From contig JAPDFW010000045.1 of assembly GCA_028826165.1 (NCBI GenBank), positions 1 to 52,766 of the forward strand: a DNA stretch of 52,766 bases, written 5' to 3'. A program made the translations under genes and the position numbers. The stretch's first letter is position 1. Each line of letters opens with the position of its first letter. This stretch comes from Anaeramoeba ignava BMAN. Its lineage: Eukaryota > Protista > Anaeramoebae. This document shows, piece by piece, positions 40,101-52,766 of this stretch. The notes under the pieces were generated by a model, which worked only from the letters and a program-made list of their open reading frames with translations, was not told where the DNA came from and made no database searches.

Positions 40101-40505
40101 AATTTTATTAATAATTTTATAAATAATTTTATATTTAATTTTATATTTAATTTTATGTTTAATATCAAGGAAATCAATCTACTTTTGAACAAATTGAAAC
40201 TCTTTTTCAGAAAGTAATGATTGAATTTGAGAATCATTTATGATATTTGAGGAAAATTTTTCAATTTTTCTCAAACGAATTCTTAAATAAGAACGAAGAA
40301 GAAATTTAATTCGTTCAATTTCAGTTTCATAAAGATTTAAAATAAAAGTTGGAGTTTGATTTTGTGATTGTTGTTGAAAAATAAAAGATTCTTGTTTATT
40401 AAGTTGATTTTGAGTTTCATTAACTAAAGTTTCGTTAAAAGGAAAGATTTCAGGAGAATTCTTCTCATTAATCCAAGCTTTTTCCAAATCAGGAATAAGA
40501 TTCAT
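37140..40505 (-). CDS. GINS4: DNA replication GINS complex subunit Sld5
   Basis: AWINEKNSPEIFPF, ETEIERIKFLLRSYLRIRLRKIEKF, LLSEKEFQF, later exons DQPDFEEFVACQV and LKEGKLFIIKYKNIRSFV; the junction near 37440-37510 is one base out of phase as assembled. Confidence 0.9.
37594..40182 (-). repeat. 2.6-kb intron made almost entirely of a 12-mer satellite (AATTTTATAAAT on + strand)
   Basis: GT at 40182, AG at 37594; joins VQK|FHNL in frame; variants AATTTTATATTT and AATTTTATAATT. Confidence 0.9.
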
Positions 40506-40689
40506 AAAAAATGAAAAAAAAATGAAAAATGAAAAAAGTTTTTTTTTTTGTTTTTGTTTTGATTTTGATTTTGATTTTGATTTTGATTTTGATTTTGATT
40601 TTGATTTTTGTTTTTGATTTTTAATTTAATTTTCATTTTTTCATTTTCATTTTTTCTTTTCATTTTTTTTTATTTTTTTTTTCTTTTAA
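40506..40689. promoter_or_regulatory. Bidirectional promoter (GINS4 / CNNM)
   Basis: AAAATGAAAA x3, (TTTTGA)n spacer, then several TTTCATTTT copies. Confidence 0.6.
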
Positions 40690-43267
40690 ATGCAAATCAC
40701 AAAAATACAACTTTTTCTTTTCCTTTTATTCTTGACCTTAATCATAGTTGACACAAAAAAAGATCAACACAACACAGAAAGAAACAAAAAAACATATGGA
40801 GAAGGGGAAAAACTAATAGCAGAAGTACAACATCACATTTCACCCGGAACAGGAAAATTCTATTTATATTTAATAATATGCATTTCACTTGTATTAATAG
40901 CAGGTCTGATGTCTGGACTGACAATCGGACTACTAAGTTTGAATCTGCGGGAGTTAGAAATACTCAAAAGCGTTGGGGATCCAAACGAACGCAAATACGC
41001 AGCCAAAATCATACCGCTAGTGCGGAACCATCATTGGCTGCTGGTGACGCTATTGCTGTGCAATTCTGCAGCAATGGAAGCCCTCCCCATTTTCCTGGAT
41101 CAGCTTGTTAATGAAATACTTGCCATTGTGCTGTCAACAACAGCCATTTTATTTTTTGGAGAAATTTTCCCACAGGCTTTATGCTCGCGATATTCCCTCG
41201 CGATAGGCGCTAGGGTTGCTTGGCCCGTGCGCATTTTAACTTGGATAACCGCTCCTCTTTCATGGACAATCGGAAAACTTCTTGATTTTATTCTTGGACA
41301 TTCTTCCCCTCCTCTTTATGCAAGATATCAACTCAAAGAACTCGTCTCAATGCATGGGACAAAATGATGGCGGTCCGTTATCTACTGACGAGAGTAATAT
41401 TATTAAAGGCGCAATTGATTTGCGTGAGAAAACAGTCGATCGTGCAATGACTCCAATAGAGTCTGTTTTTATGCTCAATGCAGACTCTGTTTATGACGAG
41501 AGCATTGTTCTAGAGGTTCTTTCAGAGGGACATTCTCGTGTTCCCGTTTACAAAGACAATAAACATAATATTATCGGCATTTTACTTACAAAACGTTTAT
41601 TGAATATCGATCTTAGTACCCAAAGAAAAGTCTCCGATTTGGAGTTGTATAAGATCCCTCGTGTTTTTGATTCAACTCCGATGTATGATATGTTGAGACT
41701 TATGCAATCAGGTAAATCTCATATGGCTCTGATTGTGGATTCTGAAGTTTATGAAACCAATAAAAAAGAAGTTGTAAATGATCAAAAGAAAGGTAAAATT
41801 AAAATTCATTTATAAAATTAAAATTCATTTATTAAATTAAATCAAAATTGTTTTACAAAATTAAAATAATTTATAAAATTAAATTAAAATTCATTTATAA
41901 AATCAAAATTCATTTATAAAATTAAATTAAAATTCATTTATAAAATTAAATTAATTTATAAAATTAAAATTAAATTAAAATTCATTTATAAAATTAAATT
42001 AAAATTAAAATTAATTTATAAAATCAAAATTAAAATTGTTTGTAAAATTAAATATAAAATTGTTTATAAAATAAAATTTAAATTAAAATTCATTTATAAA
42101 ATTAAATTAAAATTGTTTATAAAATCAAAATTCATTTTATAAAATCAAAATTAAAATTAATTTATAAAATTAAAATTAATTTATAAAATTAAATTAATTT
42201 ATAAAAATTAAATTAAAATTAATTTATAAAATTAAATTAAATCAAAATTCATTTATAAAATTAAATTAAAATTGTTTTATAAAATTAAATTAAAATTGTT
42301 TTATAAAATTAAAATTCATTTATAAAATCAAATTAAAATTCATTTATAAAATTGTTTATAAAATTAAAATTAAATTAAAATTAAAATTTATTTTATAAAA
42401 ATTAAATCAAAATTAAAATTAAATTAAAATTGTTTATAAAATTGTTTATAAAATTGTTTATAAAATTGTTTATAAAATTAATTTATAAAATTAAAATTCA
42501 TTTATTAAATTAAATTAAAATTCATTTATAAAATTATAAAATTGTTTATAAAATTAAAATTGTTTATAAAATTAAAATTTATTTATAAAATTGTTTATAA
42601 AATTGTTTATAAAATCAAAATTAAAATTAAATTAAAATTGTTTATAAAATTAAATCAAAATTATTTTATAAAATTAAAATTAAAATTATAAAATTAAATT
42701 AAAATTATAAAATTGTTTGTAAAATTGTTTATAAAATTGTTTATAAAATTGTTTATAAAATTGTTTATAAAATTCATTCTGTAATGAAAAAAAAAAAAAG
42801 ATGAATTACAAGTTGATTTAGAAGATTCAACAGAAAACAAAACACCAAGAAATCAACCACAACTAATTAATGAATTTGAAAGTGTTATATCACATGATTA
42901 TCATTCAGGAGATGATTTATCTTCAATTTTTAATCAATCAGACAAAGAAAACATGCTTGAATCATCAGAAATTGATGAAATGGAAGGACAAAAAGTAATA
43001 GGAATAATAACACTTGAAGATATTTTTGAAGAACTTCTTCAAAAAGAAATTGTTGATGAAACTGATGTTTTTGTTGATGTTCATCAACGAGTTAGAGTTG
43101 TTGAAATTTTTAGAAAACTTTCTTCTTCAGGTCCTAAATTTTCTCATTCAAAAAGAAAATCTTCATTTACTATCCCAATAGCTGGTTTGGGAAATGTTAA
43201 TAAAAAGGAATTAATGACTAATGATGAAAAATTGAAATTATTAAAATCTTCTAAAAAAGAAAAGTAG
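40690..43267 (+). CDS. CNNM/DUF21-CBS domain metal transporter-like protein (MAM3-like); frameshift near 41357; intron 41793..42800
   Basis: AGLMSGLTIGLLSL, HHWLLVTLLLCNSAAMEALPIFLD, FGEIFPQALC, AMTPI..VFML, GHSRVPVY, GKSHMALIV, GIITLEDIFEELLQKEIVDETD. Confidence 0.93.
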
Positions 43268-43402
43268 TTAATTTTCTTTTCTAATCTGATAGTTAACTCA
43301 TTTCCATTTTTTTGATTTACAAAAAAGTTATGAGTTTAAAAATTAAAAATTTAATTTAAAACAAACCAAAACAAATCAAATCTTTTTATTGTTTTTTATT
43401 TT

Positions 43403-43453
43403 AATCAAATCAAATCAAATCAAATCAAATCAAATCAAATCAAATCAAATCAA
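43403..43453. repeat. (AAATC)n pentamer microsatellite
   Basis: About ten direct copies between convergent genes. Confidence 0.85.
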
Positions 43454-43679
43454 AAGAAAAAAATTGTTTTAATTATTCACAAACTGTTTTCTTTTTTTGT
43501 ATTAAAATTTCCAAAAAAAAAATTCAACAGAAGTGAAACCCAAAAAAGAAAAAAAGAGAGAGAGAAAGGAAAAGGAAGAAATAATTAAAGGAGAAAATCC
43601 TAAATTAAATTTTAAATAAATTTTAAATAAATTAATTTAAAAAATTTTTGAATTAAAAATTAAAATACTTGGATAAAAA

Positions 43680-46048
43680 TTATTTGCGTTGAGAACCACT
43701 TTTCTTTCTTCTGTGACCAAAACTATTATTTCGAGAATGAGTTGGAGTATTTCCATTTCTATTTTTATCATTATTTGGAAATATCATATTTTGGATTTTC
43801 TTTCCATAAGGTAAATTTCTAACTAATTGTAAATGAGGTTTAATAACTTCAGAAAGTTGTTTATGCTTTTCTTTTTCGGCAACTTTAAGAGCAGTTTGAA
43901 CAACATAGTTTCCATAAGGATCAGTTAGAAGTTGTGAGATTTTATCTTGATTTCGAATCAATTCATTTAATAATTCATCCTTCATTTGAGTATTTTTTGA
44001 ACGGAGACATTTTTCAACAACATTTGAAGAAAATTTCTGCATTGAAAGATCGAAAATATTATCTCGAACTTTCTCAACAAATTCGATAGGCATTGAATCA
44101 AGATCAAGAATGTATTGAATCACGTAGTTTGCAAAAGGATCTTGCATCAATTCAACTGAATTTTCGACAATTGATGAAATTAATTGTGATCTTTGTATTC
44201 CGCTTGAGAAATCAATACATCTCTGCATTACGCAGCAACCGTGCTTGTGTTTTGAAATGTGAATGCAATTATTTGCCACTTCTTGGAAGATTGGTGCATT
44301 TGATTCGGATGTGAATTTAGTCAAACATTTTTGGATCACATGATTTCCATTTGGATTATTTGCGAGATCTGCAATATGAGGAGATATTGCATTTACAAAG
44401 TAATCAATTTGTTGAGGAGTTGTGAGTGAATCAATCAGTTTTTGGATCGCTCTTGTTCCGTACATATCCACTGATATTGTGGAGAGATCTGGTGCGATCT
44501 TGTGGATCAGCATTAGACTTTCTTCTGTTGTGCAATATTCCATCACCTTTTGACACAGGTGACTTGCATATGGGTCAATGATAAGCTCGCTTAAATAAGG
44601 ATATATTCCTCCTAATACTGCTGTTATTAACTGCTTGTCTTTTGTCTCTTCAATTTGTTTTTGCAATAGTCTGCATTGTTGTTGATCTCGACTTATTAGA
44701 TACATTCTATTTACTGGTTCGTTTCCCATTTCTTGTTGTTTGTAATATTGTTGTTGATTTATTTGATAGTTTGGGTATACATTCATAGTGTTTTGAAAAT
44801 TGGAATAACTATGTGGTGGCTTTTTTATTTATTAAATTTAATAAATAAATAAATTTTAATTTTAATTTTATAAATGAATTTTAATTTTAAATTTTATAAA
44901 TAAATTTTAATTTTAATTTTATAAATAAATTTTAATCTACATCATATGAAAGTGCTCGCCTATGACCAGAACGCATTCTTGGATTATAATCATCAATATT
45001 TTCTTCAGGTAAATTATTTTGTTGATTGTTTTGTTGATTATTTTGTTGGAAATAGGGATAATTTTGTCTATCAAATTGTAACATTTCAAACTCAAAAGAA
45101 GAATATTTAGGAAAATTTGGATTAACATAAGCATTAGAAACACCATAAGGTGTTCGATTTATATTAAGATTATTATTATATTTGTTCTGATCAAGTGAAA
45201 GTGACATAAAATTTTGAGGTAATTTTGGAAATTGATTTGGATCAAAATTAAATTTTGTATTTCTTTGTAATAAAAAATCTGGAGATTGAAAATTATATTG
45301 TTGTTTTTCTTGTGATGTTTTATCAATTCCATTTCTTTGAGGATATATGTTTGTTTCATTTGGATTAAATCCATTTTGATTGAAAGAATTCATTTGATTC
45401 ATTGAATTATTTGGTAAATTTTGATTATTTTGAGTTTTTTGTAAATTTTCTTGAAGATTATTTTGTGGATTTGCTTCTTCTTTATCATCAATAAGTAAAT
45501 CTATTGGAGAAGGAGGTTGAAATATTGTATGTTTTGGAGATTTTGTTGGATTTGTTTCTTTTTTTTATTAAAATAAATTTTTTAAATTAAATTTTTAAAT
45601 TAATTTATTTTAAATTCCAAATTTTTTTTGTTTTTATTCTCCTCTTAAAATTTATTAAAATAATACCATAATTATATTGTTCTCGATTTTCTTTTTTAAT
45701 TGAATTTTGTTTTGAAGGATCAAGATTTAAACTTCTAAAATTATCCAAAGCTGATTGATATAAAGGATTTGAATTAGCAAATTGGTTTTGATCAGGATTT
45801 GAAAAAACAAAAGGAACTTGATCTATGTGGTTTTGATTTGGACTTATACTTTGATTTGGTGGAGAATATGCTGTTGAATTACTTAAAGGTCGAAACATTG
45901 TGGTTTTTGATTGAAACATTCTATTATTATTCATATTATTAGGAATGTATGTTTGTGGGTTTTGTGTTGTTATATATGATAAAAAATTGGGTGATGTTGA
46001 TAATTTTTGTTGTGATTCTTCAATTTTATTATTTGTTTGTTTTGACAT
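43680..46048 (-). CDS. Pumilio/PUF RNA-binding protein (introns 45666..45558, 44940..44820)
   Basis: Eight PUF repeats (CRLLQK, SHLCQK, TRAIQK, NHVIQK, CCVMQR, NYVIQY, SNVVEK, NYVVQT) after an N/Q-rich N-terminus. Confidence 0.93.
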
Positions 46049-46338
46049 GAAAGAAAAAGTGTGAAAAAAAAAATGAGGAAAAAAAAATGAAAAATTAAAA
46101 AATAAAAAAAAAATTTTTTTAATTAATTTTTCTCCTTTTTGTTTTTGCTTTTTTTTTTAATAATAATCAAATTATAATTTTAATTATTTATCAATTCAAA
46201 ATTTATTCTAAAATTAAAATTAAAAATAAAAAGTGGAATAAAAATAGAATTTTCTCTTTTTATTTTTTATTTTTTATTTATTGAAAAAAGAAAGTGTTTT
46301 TTTTCTTCACATTAAAAAACATTTTGAATCTTTTTTCT

Positions 46339-47724
46339 TTAAATTTTTTTCTTCTTCTTTTTGATCTTTTTCTTCTTTTTCTTCTTCTTTTCTTCACTTT
46401 TTTCAATAATTTCTTTCCATTGATTTAAAATTGCTTGAATAATTTTATAATCTTCTTTGTTTTCTCTAATTCTAAAAGTAAATGGACCATTTTCAATAAT
46501 ATTTTTATCAATATTCCATGAAAAAAGAGCACTTCCAGTTTGTTCACAAAATGGATTAAGTTCAATAATTTTCACATCTAAATTATTCAGAACAACAAAA
46601 TCAATAATATAATTTTTAAATCCACATTTCTTTTCTATTGTTTCATTTATTGATTCAAAAAAATTTAAAATGAGTTTTTGGATTGATTCTTTGTTTTGAA
46701 CAAGATCTTGAAAGAAACAATGAGAATAATATTGAGATATTGCATTTAATTTTCCTTGATAAACAAATCCTCTAAATTCATTTGAAATTGAGAAATCAAC
46801 AAATTCTCGAATTACAATTTGTAAAGAGTCATCAAATTCTAAATTATTTTGATTTTGATTTTGATTTTGATTTTGATTTTGATTTTGATTTTGATTTTGA
46901 TTTTGATTTTGATTTTGATTTTGATTTTGATTTTGATTTTGATTTTCATTTTGATTTTTGATTTTGATTTTGATTTTTGATTTTTGATTTTTGATTTTCA
47001 ATTTGATTTTGATTTTCAATTTGATTTTGATTTTGATTTTTTGATTTTGATTTTCATTTTGATTTTGATTTTCATTTAAACTTTCATCTTGAAATTCAAT
47101 AAATCTTCTTAAATCTGAAATTATTCTAAAAGACCATTTGAAAAATTCCATCACTTCTTCAACAGAATCAAAAGCCATTGTTTGAAAAAATGCTTTTCTT
47201 ATTTGAACTAATTTTAGATTTAAATCATTTAAATTTTGATTTTGATTTTGATTTTGATTTTGATTTGGAATCTGAATTTCAAATTGAATTTGATTTTCAT
47301 TTTGATTTTGGATTTGGATTTGATGTTTATTTTCTTTTTCCTTTTCTTTTTTAAGATTTGAAATGATTTTTGATTGAATTTTATCAACAGCATCTTTAGG
47401 ACTTCTAGTTGATAATTTAGCAAAAACTTTATCACAATTACAAATTTTTTTAACATTAGAAATTGATTGTTTTAAATCTTGATAAATTTTATCAATAATA
47501 ATTTGTTCATTTTGATTGATTTTTTTATCTGTTAAAGTTTTTAAAAGAATTTCAATTTGAAATTTTTTAAGAGGAATAAATTCAGTATAAAAAGTAAAAG
47601 GTTTAATTTTTTGATAATATTTTTCAAGATTAAATTGAGACCAATATTGATAATTTGCTTTTTTTTCTTGTTGAGTTTTTCCAGGAATTGAACCATCATC
47701 AACTTGAATAATTGAAGTAGTCAT
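46339..47724 (-). CDS. CDC123-like (R2K clade) ATP-grasp protein with QN microsatellite insertions
   Basis: FAKLSTRSPKDA, IVIREF, EFRGFV..LNAISQY, IIELNPF..TGSALFSW. Confidence 0.88.
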   Translation of the reverse strand: MTTSIIQVDDGSIPGKTQQEKKANYQYWSQFNLEKYYQKIKPFTFYTEFIPLKKFQIEILLKTLTDKKINQNEQIIIDKIYQDLKQSISNVKKICNCDKVFAKLSTRSPKDAVDKIQSKIISNLKKEKEKENKHQIQIQNQNENQIQFEIQIPNQNQNQNQNQNLNDLNLKLVQIRKAFFQTMAFDSVEEVMEFFKWSFRIISDLRRFIEFQDESLNENQNQNENQNQKIKIKIKLKIKIKLKIKNQKSKIKIKIKNQNENQNQNQNQNQNQNQNQNQNQNQNQNQNQNQNQNNLEFDDSLQIVIREFVDFSISNEFRGFVYQGKLNAISQYYSHCFFQDLVQNKESIQKLILNFFESINETIEKKCGFKNYIIDFVVLNNLDVKIIELNPFCEQTGSALFSWNIDKNIIENGPFTFRIRENKEDYKIIQAILNQWKEIIEKSEEKKKKKKKKIKKKKKKI

Positions 47725-47825
47725 TTAATTCTTAATAAAAAAAAAGGAATAAAAATGGGAAAAAAATGAAATTAAAAAATTTCAAAAATATTTTTTTTCA
47801 TTTTTCTTTTTTTCTTTTTAAAAAA
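47725..47825. promoter_or_regulatory. About 100-bp bidirectional promoter (CDC123-like / Rab)
   Basis: AAAATGAAA near 47765 and TTTTCATTTT near 47797. Confidence 0.55.
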
Positions 47826-49248
47826 ATGAATAATAATTCTGTTAGTACATTTATTATTAAACAATTAATTATTGGAGATAGTATGACTGGAAAAAGTAGT
47901 ATTATGATTCGTTATTGTGATAATAAATTTATTGATTCTGTTGAAGCTACAGTTGGTGTTGATTTTAGATATGTTTCTGTTCAAAAAAATGGAAGACATT
48001 TTGGTTTACAAATTGTTTGTTTTGTTTAATTTTAATATTAATTTTAATATTAATTTTAATTTTAATTCTAATTTTAATTCTAATTCTAATTTTAATTTTA
48101 ATTTTAATTTTAATTTTAATTTTAATTTTAATTTTAATTTTAATTTTAATTTTAATTTTAATTTTAATTTTAATTTTAATTTTAATTTTAATTTTAATTT
48201 TAATTTTAATTTTAATTTTAATTCTAATTTTAATTCTAATTTTAATTTTAATTTTAATTTTAATTTTAATTTTAATTCTAATTTTAAATTTAATTTTAAT
48301 TCTAATTTTAATTCTAATTCTAATTCTAATTTTAATTTTAATTTTAATTTTAATTTTAATTTTAATTTTAATTCTAATTTTAATTCTAATTCTAATTCTA
48401 ATTCTAATTCTAATTCTAATTTTAATTTTAATTTTAATTTTAATTTTAATTTTAATTTTAATTTTAATTCTAATTTTAATTCTAATTCTAATTTTAATTT
48501 TAATTTTAATTTTAATTTTAATTTTAATTTTAATTCTAATTTTAATTTTATTTAGTGGGATACAGCAGGTAAATTTGATTTATTTTAAATTTTGAAAACT
48601 TTTTTAAATTTAAAGCAAAGAAGATTACAACTTCAATTTTTAAAATCAAAATATAAAATTAATTTATAAATATAATAAATTGAAATAAAATTAGGTCAAG
48701 AACAATTTAGAACTATTATTAATTCATATTATAGAGGAAGTCATGCTATTATGATTGTTTATGATATAACAAATGAAAAAAGTTTTGAACAAGTAGTATA
48801 TTGGTTTAATGAAGCTGAAACATATGCACCAAAAGAAATATCTAAATTATTAGTAGGAAATAAAAAAGATCAAGAAAAACATAGAGTTATTACATATCAA
48901 CAAGGAAAAGTAAATTAAACAAAAATTTTTATCCGATTTTAATTTTAATTTTAAAATTTTGATTATTTTTTTTTGTTTTAAAAAGGATTTAGCTGATTCT
49001 TATAATAGTGGATTTATTGAAGTAAGTGCAAAAACTGGAGAAAATATTAAAGAAGCTTTTGAACTTCTTGGTTTTGAACAATTTAATAAGTAAATTTTAA
49101 TTTTAATTTTAATTTTAATTTTTAATTTTAATTTTAAATTTTAAATTTTAGATTATCTAATGAAAATTTAAATCAAAAAGAACAAGAAATTCATTTTCAA
49201 ATTGTACAAAATAATGAAAAAGAAAAAAAGAAAGAAAATTGTTGTTAA
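47826..49248 (+). CDS. Rab family GTPase (Rab1-like), four introns, 13-nt micro-exon 48556..48568
   Basis: GDSMTGKS, TVGVDF, LQI|WDTAG|QEQFRTI..YYRGSH, VGNKKD, EVSAK, C-terminal CC prenylation motif. Confidence 0.93.
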
Positions 49249-49356
49249 AGAAAAAGAATTTATTTTGTTTTTGTTTTTTATTTTTTTTAGTTAAAAAAAT
49301 TTATTTTTTTTTTAAATTTTTTTTTTCATTTTTTTTTTCAATTTAAAAACAAAAAA

Positions 49357-50220
49357 ATGATGATGATTCCTTTTAATTCTTTGAATAAATTTTCAAATAT
49401 TCAAAATTCAACATTTAAACATTTACAAAATCATTTATCAAAAACTACAATTAAAACAATAACATTTACAATACAAAACAATACAAATAAGAAAATAAAT
49501 AAAAAAATAGAAATAAATGAAGAAAATTCAATAATAAAAAAACAAGTTAAAATTTTAAAAAGAACATTTAAAATATCAAAAAAGAAATTTTTAGATCCAA
49601 ATAAATGCAAAGATTGCCCAACAAAACCATGTTGTGAGTCAGATAATTGTTGTTGGAATTGTAAATACAGAAAGGATCACAATACATTATTTTGTCAAAA
49701 ATGTTATAAATTACAAGAACCGTTTAAGCAAGATCATTTTGAAATTTTTGGATTAGAAAAAAAAATTGATATTGATTTAAAACAACTTGAAGATAAATAT
49801 GAGGAACTGCAAAAGATGCTTCATCCCGATAAATTCTTTTCAAAATCATCTCAAGAACAAGAATATTCAGCTGAGCATTCTTCTAGAATTAATCAAGCTT
49901 ATTATATTTTGAAAAATTTTAATTTGAGAGCAAGATATTTACTTCATCTTAATGGCTTTAATTTCGATGAATACACAGAGAAAGACCCAGCTTTGCTAAT
50001 GGAAATTATGGAGAAAAGAGAGGAAATTGAAAATATGACGAGCCAAGAAGAATTGAAAAAAATCAAAGATGAAAATTCTCTTGAAATTAAAAAAGTGGAA
50101 CAAAATTTGATTCAAAATTTTAATCAAAAAAATTTTAATCAAGCTAAAAAAAATATTATTCGTTTACAATATCTAACAAAATTAGATAAGGATATTTCAA
50201 CAAAAATTACTTTAAAATGA
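49357..50220 (+). CDS. HSCB: HscB/Jac1/HSC20 Fe-S assembly co-chaperone with organellar presequence-like N-terminus
   Basis: CWNC..FCQKC, DHFEIFGL, LQKMLHPDKF, SSRINQAYYIL, RARYLL, LLMEIMEKRE, RLQY. Confidence 0.93.
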   Translation: MMMIPFNSLNKFSNIQNSTFKHLQNHLSKTTIKTITFTIQNNTNKKINKKIEINEENSIIKKQVKILKRTFKISKKKFLDPNKCKDCPTKPCCESDNCCWNCKYRKDHNTLFCQKCYKLQEPFKQDHFEIFGLEKKIDIDLKQLEDKYEELQKMLHPDKFFSKSSQEQEYSAEHSSRINQAYYILKNFNLRARYLLHLNGFNFDEYTEKDPALLMEIMEKREEIENMTSQEELKKIKDENSLEIKKVEQNLIQNFNQKNFNQAKKNIIRLQYLTKLDKDISTKITLK

Positions 50221-50361
50221 GAAAGAAAACAAATAAAACAAAACAAGAAAAAAAATTTTTTTTTTTTTCAAATTTTTTTTTTCATTTTTTTCTTTTCAAA
50301 AAAATTGAAATATCAAAAATTAAATTAAAATAATTTTTAATTTTATAATTTTAAATTTTAA

Positions 50362-52766
<2,405 letters not shown>

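Noticed and set aside
14180-41370. Euplotes-like +1 programmed frameshifting at AAA-stop (AAA TAA at 14182-14187, AAA TGA at 41362-41367, AAT TGA near 17328)
   Set aside because: Other breaks (near 14490, 14640, 14755) are not tied to a stop and include -1 shifts, and most can be explained by one homopolymer indel; AAA-stop arises often by chance at this AT content. Needs read data to revive.
1764-47724. Biosynthetic gene cluster linking the NRPS, the serine hydrolase and the ATP-grasp
   Set aside because: They are 14-37 kb apart and separated by unrelated housekeeping genes; nothing in the sequence links them.
47917-48595. ORFs reading ILILIL / FNFNFN (also 18524-18772, 37587-38051, 39839-40237)
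   Set aside because: Translations of intronic microsatellites.

Overview
Very AT-rich, gene-dense, intron-containing eukaryotic nuclear DNA using the standard code and GT-AG introns. The style (FN3 family fragment, satellite-filled introns, TCATT initiator-like motifs, organellar cpn60/HscB) suggests an amoeboid protist such as Anaeramoeba; this is inference only. There are about 17 genes: an FN3 fragment, an LLPH-like basic protein, a bimodular NRPS (C-A-T-C-A-T-R) with a spliceosomal intron, an SH3/multi-PH/RasGAP protein, an AGAP-like Ras-PH-ArfGAP-ankyrin protein, an actin-related protein, a secreted beta-lactamase-fold serine hydrolase, two tandem beta-helix/Cys-rich multi-TM surface proteins, a small 4-TM protein, GINS4/SLD5, a CNNM/DUF21-CBS protein, a Pumilio protein, a CDC123-like ATP-grasp, a Rab GTPase, HscB and cpn60. 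Best leads: (1) a eukaryote-embedded reductase-terminated NRPS predicted to make an N-acyl dipeptide aldehyde ending in a basic residue; (2) a synonymous-site polarity, A-ending codons at exon 5' ends and T-ending codons at 3' ends, that resets at introns; (3) introns inflated by intron-specific AT satellites; (4) a TTTTCATTTT motif before all 16 genes with an intact-looking 5' end; (5) mosaic tandem receptor paralogs with a visible duplication breakpoint. Many single-base frameshifts are probably assembly indels. All gene models and counts were derived by hand.
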